Shown here: piece by piece, positions 1 through 9,187 of the stretch | How the letters are laid out: the number at the start of each line of letters is the position of its first letter | Position numbering within the stretch: the stretch's first letter is position 1 | Assembly: GCA_003144275.1 (NCBI GenBank) | Contig: NJBF01000003.1 | Location: 30,001-62,000 of the forward strand | Direction of reading: 5' to 3' | From: Candidatus Heimdallarchaeota archaeon B3_Heim | Lineage (GTDB): Archaea; Asgardarchaeota; Heimdallarchaeia; Hodarchaeales; Hodarchaeaceae | Length of the DNA: 32,000 nucleotides | Position numbers and translations under genes: made by a program | Notes under the pieces: model-generated | Databases searched by the model: none | Told to the model about the DNA's origin: nothing | What the model saw: the letters and a program-made list of their open reading frames with translations, nothing else

Positions 1-2
1 AA

Positions 3-629
3 TTTAATGGATTAGTAGCTTTTGTTGGATTGGATAATTTAATTTCAGCTAGTAATTTTCCTGGAGAACCTGCTAATACTCTCCTCATGAAGATCGAGGA
101 TCCTACTCCAGAGCGCTTAGACATGATTCGGGAGGAGATTTTAGCCAAGTATGGGTACAATGTTAGAAACATTGCAACAAAAGCAGAACAGAGAAGTGAA
201 TTACTAGAATTGATGGACTTAATGTATAACATCATTTACATCGTCGCTATATTTGCTGTTCTTCTCTCGTGTGCTATTGTGTATAATACAATATATATAA
301 GCCTTCAAGAACAAAAACGGGAAATCGCTACTCTTCTCACCATCGGAACAGACAATAGAAAATTGATAAGAAATATAACCGTTGAAAATACCATCGTAAC
401 TCTAATTGGCACAGTTTTCGGCTTAATTTTCGGGTGGATTATGTTATGGTTTTTCATGCGTGTGATTCTTAATATGGAATTTTTCCGTATCAGTCTTTTC
501 ATTAGTAATAAAACTATCATCATTAGTTTTGTCCTGACATATATTGGAGTACTGGTTGCCCAATACTTTCCTTTACGCAAAACCTTGAATTTAAACCTAG
601 CAGAAGCAACAAAGGAGCGAGTTGTGTAG
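3..629 (+). CDS. ABC transporter permease, FtsX/MacB family, C-terminal part (5'-truncated at window edge)
   Basis: Frame is open from position 3 (FNGLVAFVGLDN...). FtsX signature 'ISLQEQKREIATLLTIG' is followed by three TM helices, and the gene lies directly upstream of an ABC ATPase. Confidence 0.85.
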   Translation, partial: FNGLVAFVGLDNLISASNFPGEPANTLLMKIEDPTPERLDMIREEILAKYGYNVRNIATKAEQRSELLELMDLMYNIIYIVAIFAVLLSCAIVYNTIYISLQEQKREIATLLTIGTDNRKLIRNITVENTIVTLIGTVFGLIFGWIMLWFFMRVILNMEFFRISLFISNKTIIISFVLTYIGVLVAQYFPLRKTLNLNLAEATKERVV

Positions 630-634
630 GAGGT
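629..634 (+). promoter_or_regulatory. Shine-Dalgarno site (GGAGGT) for the ABC ATPase
   Basis: GGAGGT at 629-634, followed by a 6-nt spacer and the ATG at 641. Confidence 0.7.
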
Positions 635-640
635 AGAATC

Positions 641-1384
641 ATGGCATTTATAGAAATTTCAGAATTATCAAAGACATACTCGCTTGGAGAAACAACAACT
701 CCTGCTCTAAATGGTGTTGATCTTGAGATTAATAAAGGCGAATTAGTAATCCTGTATGGTCCCTCTGGAGCGGGGAAAACTACTCTTCTAAATATGATCG
801 GAGGACTCGATATACCTACATCAGGAACCGTTACCGTTGATGAAATTCCTGTTTCAACATTATCTGCAAAATGGTTAACTGCTTATCGGAAGAAAAAGAT
901 CGGGGTTGTTTTTCAATTCTTTAATTTAATCTCGAGGTTAAATGCTCTTGAAAACATTGAGTACGCGATTGATCTGATCGGTGTTCGTCAAGGAGAAGGT
1001 AAGCCTTCTTTTAAAAGCAAAATTATACGCCAAAAAGCCAAGGAATATCTTGAAAAAGTTGGATTGAAGGACAGAATGCATCATTTTCCTGCCCAGCTAT
1101 CTGGAGGAGAACAACAAAGAGTTTCTATTGCGCGTGCCTTAGCTAAAGAACCAGAAATTCTCCTTGCAGATGAACCAACAGGAAACTTGGATTATAAAAT
1201 TGGTAGAAATGTGCTAGAAATAATGGAGGCAATGACAGGTAAAGCCCAAAATCGTACAGTAATCATTGTAACGCATAACCCAGCAATATGTCCTCTTGGT
1301 GATCGGGTTGTTCGATTATCAGATGGAAAGGTCGCAGAAAATTATACCCAAAAATATACTCCTGCTAAGGAACTGTATTGGTGA
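641..1384 (+). CDS. ABC transporter ATP-binding protein, LolD/MacB-like
   Basis: Walker [10 protein letters not shown], signature LSGGEQQRV, Walker [14 protein letters not shown]-loop VTHN. Confidence 0.95.
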   Translation: MAFIEISELSKTYSLGETTTPALNGVDLEINKGELVILYGPSGAGKTTLLNMIGGLDIPTSGTVTVDEIPVSTLSAKWLTAYRKKKIGVVFQFFNLISRLNALENIEYAIDLIGVRQGEGKPSFKSKIIRQKAKEYLEKVGLKDRMHHFPAQLSGGEQQRVSIARALAKEPEILLADEPTGNLDYKIGRNVLEIMEAMTGKAQNRTVIIVTHNPAICPLGDRVVRLSDGKVAENYTQKYTPAKELYW

Positions 1385-1451
1385 AATTCGGATCAAAATC
1401 GACAAAAAGAGGGGAGGAAAAATTCTTCTTAAAGAGCTTTAAGTGTTTAAT

Positions 1452-2114
1452 ATGTCACGAAGATCGATAAAAATACCACCAAAAGAAGCAGGGAGCGAAC
1501 CATCATCCGATGTTGAGAAATATGATGATGTATTGAGCTCTTTAGATACAATTCAAACAAGACGTAAAGTGGCAGCTTCTTCAAGCGGAAATACAGAAAA
1601 TCCTGTTAAACCTACCACAATTGTCATGGCAGTAGTAATTGTTGTCATAGCAGCAACACTTCTGCTGTCCTTTGGGTCTCTACCCAATGATTCAAAGAGT
1701 GACCCAAAACTTACCGATGGCCTTGATTTTGAGATAAGGCTCCTAGATAATACAACAGTATGGTTATCAGATTATTTGGGTAAACCCATCATTTTGGATT
1801 TATTTGCTACTTGGTGTGGACCATGCGCAGACCAAATTGTAGAATTGCAAAAATTGCAAAACAAGCATCCTAATGTTCATATAATCTCTGTTTCGATCGA
1901 GCCTAATGATGTCATAAGTGTTCTGGATGATTATGCTCTTGAACATAGTATGGATTGGATAATTGGACATGATTTCACCACAAAAGGTGCCTCACGGTTT
2001 CAAGTAGCCTTTATACCAACCATGGCGTTTTTCAATAGCCAGGGTACTCGCAAACATCTTGAGACAGGTGTTACTTCCGAAGCAGTTATGAGTAGCTGGA
2101 TTGCGGCAGATTAG
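1452..2114 (+). CDS. Membrane-anchored TlpA/ResA-like thiol-disulfide oxidoreductase (redoxin)
   Basis: Single TM helix, then 'GKPIILDLFATWCGPC' (CxxC) and the cis-Pro loop 'FIPT'. The ATG at 1452 is preferred over the GTG at 1443. Confidence 0.85.
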   Translation: MSRRSIKIPPKEAGSEPSSDVEKYDDVLSSLDTIQTRRKVAASSSGNTENPVKPTTIVMAVVIVVIAATLLLSFGSLPNDSKSDPKLTDGLDFEIRLLDNTTVWLSDYLGKPIILDLFATWCGPCADQIVELQKLQNKHPNVHIISVSIEPNDVISVLDDYALEHSMDWIIGHDFTTKGASRFQVAFIPTMAFFNSQGTRKHLETGVTSEAVMSSWIAAD

Positions 2115-2140
2115 AGATATAATACAACGAGGGTTGATTA

Positions 2141-2905
2141 GTGTATATATTTGGTATCTTCATTGACGATTCCATTGGCCTTCCATTATTTTTCTTAGCA
2201 GGGTTATACGTAGCACTATCCCCGTGTCTGTTTCCTATCATGCCCATGACTATTTTTCGAATTATGAGCAAAGATTTAACAGATTCAGAGGGAGATGTTT
2301 TGTACCCCTCCCGCAAGCTAGCTTTACGATGGGTGAGTATTTTGGTGGGAGGTATTTTGATCACATTCATTTCTGTTGCTCTGATCATAATGTATCTCTG
2401 GGTAGAAATTGCAATTCAGATCAATTACCTTTACAGACCATTTACTTTCCTACTTGGTATCATTCTCCTAATTATGGGAATCTTCATAATCTATCCTAAA
2501 TTATCCGAAAAAACTTTTGCACGAATTCCCATACCAATGAAAATTTCGAATCTTATGGCTCGTGAAGAGTATAAACAGTTGGATCTGTTTCTCATAGGCT
2601 TTGGCTATTCTTTTATTGCCCTTCCATGTGCTTTTCCAGTTTTTCTTGCCTTGTTAACCATTATAATCTCAGCCGCTAATCCAATCTTTACTTTGACTGG
2701 CCTATCTCTGTTTGGAATTGGTTTATTCATACCATATCTTATTCTTGTCTTAGTTACTGCTGAAGCACGCGTACGAGCAGCTCGCGTTTTAGCAGAGAGA
2801 TTTAGAATTATAGAACTAGTAACTGGTGTGGTAATAATAATTTTTGGATTATTATTCCTCTGGCCAGCCTTTGGAGGCCCGTATTTATTCACACTGACAG
2901 GTTAA
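2141..2905 (+). CDS. ccdA: CcdA/DsbD-family transmembrane electron transporter
   Basis: About six TM helices with both Pro-Cys motifs (LSPCLFP, ALPCAFP), 26 nt downstream of the redoxin. Confidence 0.8.
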   Translation: MYIFGIFIDDSIGLPLFFLAGLYVALSPCLFPIMPMTIFRIMSKDLTDSEGDVLYPSRKLALRWVSILVGGILITFISVALIIMYLWVEIAIQINYLYRPFTFLLGIILLIMGIFIIYPKLSEKTFARIPIPMKISNLMAREEYKQLDLFLIGFGYSFIALPCAFPVFLALLTIIISAANPIFTLTGLSLFGIGLFIPYLILVLVTAEARVRAARVLAERFRIIELVTGVVIIIFGLLFLWPAFGGPYLFTLTG

Positions 2906-2921
2906 AAGGTAAAAGAGAAAG

Positions 2922-4076
2922 CTATTCAGAAAAATCCATTTTCAATAATAAAAGGGGTTGGGGAAGGTCAGTCAGATTGTCTTTGCAGAATTTATCAAAA
3001 TCCATGATCGTGATTGGTTTATCAAATTTCACCACTATATCTAGAAATTTTTCCATGCCCCGTAACTCTGTCCCTGCTAAACCAATTTCCCGTGTTACGA
3101 TTTCATTGGTAAGGGCTAAAAGGAGCGCTTCAAACCGAGGTGTCAGCTCTAATGTACGGCCGAAATTTTGATAGATTTTCCGCATACCTGTCCAGAAATT
3201 CACTTTCTCATTCAGTTCTGTCTCTTTCTTTTTGCCCCACTGATGAAGTTCTGACGCTACCCACTTTTCTTGTGAAATTAATTCAGTAAAAGCTGGTAGA
3301 GGTGAAATACTTGCCAAGATAACATAAGGAGTGTGATACAGATACCGAAAAACTTGGAAGACTACTTTGGAATTAAATTTCAACGAGTGATACTCTTTCA
3401 ATTCCACCCACCATTCTTGATTTTTCCAAGTACCTACAAGATCTGGGGCCAGAATAACGCCATAGAGGTCCTCTAGGAGGTCGTCTTCCATATCTGAAGC
3501 TTCCTGTAAGTCTTTAAATCCTAGTTCAGTTAAAAAAGATCTCAGAACGTCTATACTTTGTTCTGAGTGATCGCTTTCAGGGGCTTCGATTAATTCTTCA
3601 GCATATTTTCGTCGTTTTGCCCGGTCTATATAATCATTTAACGTAGGAAGCAAGTCTACAAATTCGGTTTCAGTATCAGTATTGATTAGTGTTTGAATTG
3701 ATTCTAGATCTTCAATTCGGGGACGTAGTTGTCGTTCTACGGCTTCATTCCGATAGAAAATTGAGGAATACCTGCCTTTCTTTCGATCAGTGCGCGTTGG
3801 CATCCCAAAGCATGCACGAAGTGAATTGGGTGTGTGATAAAGGAAGGGATATTGTCGTACAAATTGTACTCCAGCTGCTAACGCAATTTCACGGAATAAG
3901 GCTCTATCTGGAGTTTTCCAGTTTAATGATTCTATTAAAGCAAAGGCATCTAATCGTTGTATTAGGCCTTCTAATCGATTTTTATGAAACCCTCGGACTC
4001 CCTTTAATTCGTTTGGGTTCTGTCTTAAATATTTACGTACCCGATTTAAAATGGTTTTTCGTGTTGGTGGAGGCAT
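2922..4076 (-). CDS. Hypothetical protein with a putative PD-(D/E)XK nuclease domain
   Basis: 'APDLVGTWKNQEWWVELKEY' gives PD...ExK, followed by 'VFQVFRY' (QxxxY). The preceding helix 'VLRSFLTELGF' is Mrr/NucS-like. Confidence 0.55.
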   Translation of the reverse strand: MPPPTRKTILNRVRKYLRQNPNELKGVRGFHKNRLEGLIQRLDAFALIESLNWKTPDRALFREIALAAGVQFVRQYPFLYHTPNSLRACFGMPTRTDRKKGRYSSIFYRNEAVERQLRPRIEDLESIQTLINTDTETEFVDLLPTLNDYIDRAKRRKYAEELIEAPESDHSEQSIDVLRSFLTELGFKDLQEASDMEDDLLEDLYGVILAPDLVGTWKNQEWWVELKEYHSLKFNSKVVFQVFRYLYHTPYVILASISPLPAFTELISQEKWVASELHQWGKKKETELNEKVNFWTGMRKIYQNFGRTLELTPRFEALLLALTNEIVTREIGLAGTELRGMEKFLDIVVKFDKPITIMDFDKFCKDNLTDLPQPLLLLKMDFSE

Positions 4077-4333
4077 TATGAAAAGTTTCTCTCCAGTGAA
4101 AATAAAATTAAGGTTTTTATTAGGGTAAATACGAATTAAATGGTAAAATTAGCTTTTTTTATTACTAAAACCATAATTCATATCTTCATTCAACAAGTTC
4201 TAAAGAGATTAGTTCGCGTTGATTGAACAGTATTTCCTTCTTCTCTTAATCTTATCCTAGGGTTTGATTGTTTTTCATTATCTCTGATACAAAAGGTTTT
4301 TTATAATTCTGGTCAGATAATCGTCGTTTTTCC

Positions 4334-4483
4334 TTATAGACCTAATTCTCCATAGTTTGAAATTAAAAATTTGAAATCCCCAATAGGAATATCGTGTTTT
4401 TTTGTGAACCCCCATACCTCTGTATAAAATTCAAGGGCCTTGTCTTGAACTTCTACAAACGCACTGGTTATTTTAATTTTCAT
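4334..4483 (-). pseudogene. Truncated VOC/glyoxalase-family gene remnant
   Basis: My translation is MKIKITSAFVEVQDKALEFYTEVWGFTKKHDIPIGDFKFLISNYGELGL* (49 aa). It matches the typical VOC N-terminus (..V.DQDKAL.FYTEVLGF.KK.D.P.G) but stops early. Not in the supplied ORF track. Confidence 0.6.
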
Positions 4484-4633
4484 AATGAAGGGGGGGGATT
4501 TTAGGTTTTTAATAATAAAGCATATTTTTACGAACTAAGGAATAGAGAGCCAAATCAACTCTTTTTGCACCATTCGTAAGTATATTAATGGGATTGAACT
4601 AAGACACTGAATACTCTGGATTGTGAGTCGCTC

Positions 4634-6376
4634 ATGAAACCTTCCTCACGAATAATAACCTCTTCTTTTCTTCTACTTATGGCACTTAGCCTATTAAAGG
4701 GTCAAATGATTCAAGGATATACAAATTTCTCCGTTGAAATCTTGAATCCTACCTCTATTGAACGTACATGGAATGATCTTTCATTATTATATCAGAATCA
4801 ATATCATACCCCTGAAGAAGTTATTGCTGAGCTTTATCAACTAAACGAAACTGCTCCAGATCTTGTGAATTTGACTGTTTTGGGTCAAAGTATTCAAGGA
4901 CGTGATATTCATTTGGTTACAATTACAAATGAGCAGATTACTACACCTAAAGCAGGAGTGTGCATCATTAGCCAACACCATGCACGAGAGCAAATCTCAA
5001 TGGAAGCAGCACTCCGGTTTATGATTCGATTAGTCAATAGCTATGGTAAAGATGAGGCACTAACTCATTACGTCAATACAGAAGAGATCTATATAATACC
5101 CACATTGAATCCTGATGGACTGCATTATGTTGTAGGTAATGATACGATGGAAGGGGATCCTTGGTTACGGAAGAATCTCAGAGCTATCGATGATGATAAT
5201 GATGGGGAATGTGATGAGGATCCGTACAACGATGTAGACGGTGATGGAATAATTTCGGGTTACGATGTATTTGGGAAGGGTTTATCGGATTTGCATTTCA
5301 TGTATTCGTACTATGAGGGTATAGATGACGATGGAGATGGCAGGGTGAATGAAGATCTTATTGGTGGTACTGATTTAAATCGAAATTACGATTATAGGTG
5401 GAACGACTCCTCCTTGGATACAGGTACAGGATCTGATGCACTCTCCGAAACGTTCCCAGGATTTTCTCCATTCTCCGAACCAGAAACGCAAATAATATGT
5501 GATTTTATGACAAGTCATTCTTTTAGTATGGCAATGTCACTCCATTCTGGTATAAACACAACCTATTTCCCGTGGGCCTCAGGTTCGACTTGGGCCCAAT
5601 CTGATCGCTATCATGATATTTACACAGATCTTAAGTCGAGATTACCCATTTATTTTTTTGATGATTATTTAAGAGCAGGATTGTATCCCACCTCAACTCA
5701 AAGTATCGCTTATACTAGTGCTGGAGAATGGGGAGATTGGGCTTACGCAACCCAAGGAGTACAAGTACCCATGACATTCGAGATCTATCATAAAGCAGGG
5801 TCAGAAGAGTATGTTGCTGTGGAATTTGAAAATCTTACTCATAAAATTTTCCGATTCGATACCATAGAGGAGTATTTTGCCCCACCTGAGGGTAAGATTG
5901 ACGCCTTATGGTTTGATATTCTTCCAGCTTTTGATTACTGGCTTGAAACAACTCCTCAATTGGAAGTCGCTAGTTTAACTGTAATTGGAAATAATTCTGA
6001 GGGAGCAGAACTTACAATTAAATTCAAGATAAAAAATACGAGTCCACGTGTAACTACCATTGCAGAAGTGGGTGTTTTTGATGAGCATTTAATACCTTTT
6101 AGCGGTACTGAAGGAATAGTGGTCTTTAGTAAGCTTATCGAAGGTGAGTCATTATCTGGTTCATTTAAAACCATTTTAAATCATGAACTAGGTGTCAATG
6201 AAGAATTTAAACTATTTATAGGAAATAATTTTGTTGGATTTTATCCTATGATTATTAAACAGTCAATTATAAAAAAAGCTACTGGTTATTTTGATTTAAT
6301 TGGTTTTTTACTTGCTATTCCAGTCGTAGTGATGCTGAAACGGAGAAAAACTTCCGTCAAACTAGCTGGTTGCTGA
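4634..6376 (+). CDS. M14 family zinc carboxypeptidase, secreted and C-terminally membrane-anchored
   Basis: N-terminal signal peptide; HHAREQ (HxxE), NPDG, RKN, DLNRNY, SLHSG and the catalytic FEI; C-terminal TM helix followed by KRRK. Confidence 0.9.
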   Translation: MKPSSRIITSSFLLLMALSLLKGQMIQGYTNFSVEILNPTSIERTWNDLSLLYQNQYHTPEEVIAELYQLNETAPDLVNLTVLGQSIQGRDIHLVTITNEQITTPKAGVCIISQHHAREQISMEAALRFMIRLVNSYGKDEALTHYVNTEEIYIIPTLNPDGLHYVVGNDTMEGDPWLRKNLRAIDDDNDGECDEDPYNDVDGDGIISGYDVFGKGLSDLHFMYSYYEGIDDDGDGRVNEDLIGGTDLNRNYDYRWNDSSLDTGTGSDALSETFPGFSPFSEPETQIICDFMTSHSFSMAMSLHSGINTTYFPWASGSTWAQSDRYHDIYTDLKSRLPIYFFDDYLRAGLYPTSTQSIAYTSAGEWGDWAYATQGVQVPMTFEIYHKAGSEEYVAVEFENLTHKIFRFDTIEEYFAPPEGKIDALWFDILPAFDYWLETTPQLEVASLTVIGNNSEGAELTIKFKIKNTSPRVTTIAEVGVFDEHLIPFSGTEGIVVFSKLIEGESLSGSFKTILNHELGVNEEFKLFIGNNFVGFYPMIIKQSIIKKATGYFDLIGFLLAIPVVVMLKRRKTSVKLAGC

Positions 6377-6435
6377 AAAAGTAATATATTCGATTGATAA
6401 AAAAATATCTGTTCAAGGATTTTTCCGATTTAGGA

Positions 6436-7551
6436 TTATAATGTTACTTTATAGATACTTTTTTCACGATAGCCAGTGATAATCCCTATATACCCACATA
6501 ATAATTCATCTACCTCCCTATCACCAGAATCAACTAATAATGGTTGCCCGTTTAAAGAATTAATTTTATTTCTCGTAGCTATCACAATTATATTATCTTT
6601 TCCAATTTTTTTGATAATATCAGGGCTCAATTGCTGATTTCCTCGTCCAAGTATGTATCCCTGCCCTCCAATAGGTGTTATAATTAATTTAGCTTTTTTT
6701 CCCTGAATATAATGTGTAAGCTTAGACTCATTTAGATCGTTAGCTATTAGTTTTTTGTCATAAATGAGATCAATTCCCAACAGAGTATTAGCTAACTGTA
6801 GCTTATCCATTATTGCTCTTGTTGTAGTTCCTGGACCGACAATATAGAAATAGTTAGTTTCCATATTTTCTATAATTTCCTCTGCGATTGCTTGGTGAGC
6901 GAAGTTTTCTGTTTCGGGACTACCTGCTTTCGAGCTCTGAACATGAGCTCTCTCATACGGAATTGTCAAATAGCCATATAACTTTGCTCTAACAATTCCT
7001 TTTCTGAAAGAGTCTTCATCAATATCCATCACTTCAGCCTCCCTAACTCTGATAGTTCTCTTTTGAAGAAATGATAAAGCTAGGTCCCCAGCACGTGCAG
7101 GATTACGGGCGAAAACAGCAGATTGTATTTTAACCCCAGTCGGGATTCCTAAAGTGACTAAATCGTCTTTTATTACATCATATATGTCTCTCGCTGTTCC
7201 ATCCCCTCCAGCAAATAGGAGTAAATCAATTTTCAAATCTAGTAAATCTTTAGCCGCCTTTTGAGTATCTTTTCTGGTAGTTTTTCCTTTTGAGATAGAA
7301 CCAATAATTGTTGGTTGAAAACCACATTTTTTAGCAATGTTCTCTCCCATTTCTTCTGGATATGTAATTAATTCTATCTTCTCTTTTATTGGAAGCAATT
7401 TTTGAATTGAGATTAGTGTACGGTTCTGTGATTCAGGTATTGCCCCTAAAAGTCTAGCTTGTTCTAAAATTTCTCCTCCATCAGTACCTTTTAGTCCTAC
7501 CCGTCCCCCCATCCCAGCAATAGGATTTATGATTAATCCTACTTTTTTCAT
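6436..7551 (-). CDS. ATP-NAD kinase-like protein (AcoX/COG3199-like)
   Basis: 'KVGLIINPIAGMGGRVGLKGTDG', GGDGT motif, 'GGQGYILGRGNQQLSP'. Start set at MKKVG (7551). Confidence 0.8.
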   Translation of the reverse strand: MKKVGLIINPIAGMGGRVGLKGTDGGEILEQARLLGAIPESQNRTLISIQKLLPIKEKIELITYPEEMGENIAKKCGFQPTIIGSISKGKTTRKDTQKAAKDLLDLKIDLLLFAGGDGTARDIYDVIKDDLVTLGIPTGVKIQSAVFARNPARAGDLALSFLQKRTIRVREAEVMDIDEDSFRKGIVRAKLYGYLTIPYERAHVQSSKAGSPETENFAHQAIAEEIIENMETNYFYIVGPGTTTRAIMDKLQLANTLLGIDLIYDKKLIANDLNESKLTHYIQGKKAKLIITPIGGQGYILGRGNQQLSPDIIKKIGKDNIIVIATRNKINSLNGQPLLVDSGDREVDELLCGYIGIITGYREKSIYKVTL

Positions 7552-7606
7552 TATGATTATCATTTCCCTTGATGTATTTTCGAATGCAGCTAAACCGTTT
7601 TAACAA

Positions 7607-9172
7607 TTAAATTCTATCGTTCTTCCATTTCTTTAAATAAGATCTCCAAGTGATAGCCCATTTATCTGGATCATCTAAGGAGTCTGTTATAAGTTTGTGG
7701 ACAACACTTCGATGTGGAGCATTTTTTACTATTTCTGGATTTGAATATGCTTCCTCTGCAACTTTTGTTAATCCTGCTATATATTCATCTATTTCTGCTT
7801 TAGAATATGATTCAGTAGGTTCAAGAGTAAATGGTTGCGGGACGATGAAGGGATGATGGCTCGACCACATATGAAAACCGAAATCTACCATCCGATTGGT
7901 TATATCTTCCGTTGTAATACCTGTTTCCTCTGTCAATTTATTCCAACTATACCGAACCTGCTCGATCCTATGATGACCTTTAGCATAAGGAGCACTGGTA
8001 CCCTTAATTTCTAGTACTTTCTTCAACAAATAATTGTTGTTGAGAACAGCTATTCTGGAAACCTCTTCTAATCCTTCCTTCCCAAGGCTCATGATCCATG
8101 AATAGGCTTTTATAACAGCGGGAACAACCCCATAGTATGATCTTACTTTTCCTATTGTATGAGAAACCTTATAATCAAAATAATACTCTGATCCATTGTA
8201 ACATACCAGAGGTACAGGTAAAAACTTTATAAGTTCCTTTTTCACTCCAAGTGCTCCCGCTGAGGGCCCCCCGCATCCATGAGGAGAAGAAAAGGTTTTG
8301 TGAAGATTGAAAAAGCACATATCAAAACCTGCTTCCTTTGCTCTAGCTATCCCTAATATCCCATTAGCATTAGCTTGATCATAACCGCATAATCCTCCAA
8401 CTTCGTGAATCATATCAGTAAATTCTTTAATATGAGGATTATAGATACCTGTATCCTCAGGGTTGGTTATTAATAATCCAGCAGTTCGATCCGAAATGGC
8501 TTCCTTTAGCGCCTCTATATCAGGTAATCCCTCTTGATTCGGATAAATATCGATGATCTTGTACCCCTGTACAGCTGGAGCTGCGGCATCTGACGGATGG
8601 GAAAATATAGTTGTTATAATTTCATCACGTTGTGTGTTTTCTCCATTATAATCATGAAATGCCTTTATTATTGAGCTCATTGTCAATATTGCTTGGCTAC
8701 CACTTGCAGGCTGTAATGTAAATTGATCTAAGCCAGATATTTCTCTTAGAAATAAATCCGTCTTATAAAAAATTTCTAAAATTCCTTGAACCGTGCTGAT
8801 TGGTTGTGAGGGATGTAATTCAGTTATTTTTGGTGAGGTAGCGAATATTTCATTAATTTTAGGACTATATTTCATTGTACAAGTCCCTTGTCCGATATCA
8901 ACGTTTAAATCAGCGCCAAGAGTCTCCTGAGATAATCTAAGATAGTGCTTCAAGACTTGCATTTGCGAAATTTCAGGAAGAAAAGGAGCTTGTTCTCGGT
9001 TCATGTGTTTAGGAATTTTTGAAACCCCATCTCCAACAACTGCTTCAATTTCTTTCTCAATTTCAGGTAAAAGAATTCCTCGTTCCCCTTTATTGCCTAA
9101 TTCAAAGATTATGGGTTCATCCCATTTAGCTTGATGAAAATTTCGTACTTTCATATTTTTAACTGGGGACAT
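7607..9172 (-). CDS. gcvPB: Glycine cleavage P-protein-like subunit 2 (PLP-binding), divergent
   Basis: CTMKYSPK, NLHKTFSSPHGCGGP (PLP lysine), LEPTES; 521 aa. Confidence 0.85.
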   Translation of the reverse strand: MSPVKNMKVRNFHQAKWDEPIIFELGNKGERGILLPEIEKEIEAVVGDGVSKIPKHMNREQAPFLPEISQMQVLKHYLRLSQETLGADLNVDIGQGTCTMKYSPKINEIFATSPKITELHPSQPISTVQGILEIFYKTDLFLREISGLDQFTLQPASGSQAILTMSSIIKAFHDYNGENTQRDEIITTIFSHPSDAAAPAVQGYKIIDIYPNQEGLPDIEALKEAISDRTAGLLITNPEDTGIYNPHIKEFTDMIHEVGGLCGYDQANANGILGIARAKEAGFDMCFFNLHKTFSSPHGCGGPSAGALGVKKELIKFLPVPLVCYNGSEYYFDYKVSHTIGKVRSYYGVVPAVIKAYSWIMSLGKEGLEEVSRIAVLNNNYLLKKVLEIKGTSAPYAKGHHRIEQVRYSWNKLTEETGITTEDITNRMVDFGFHMWSSHHPFIVPQPFTLEPTESYSKAEIDEYIAGLTKVAEEAYSNPEIVKNAPHRSVVHKLITDSLDDPDKWAITWRSYLKKWKNDRI

Positions 9173-9187
9173 TTGACAGCACTTCCT

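Noticed and set aside
2922-4076. PD-(D/E)XK protein as the Res partner of the Mod-like methyltransferase
   Set aside because: It is 13 kb away and lacks the SF2 helicase motifs required of type III Res.
4490-4497. G8 homopolymer as a phase-variation tract
   Set aside because: Short, non-coding and adjacent only to a pseudogene remnant.
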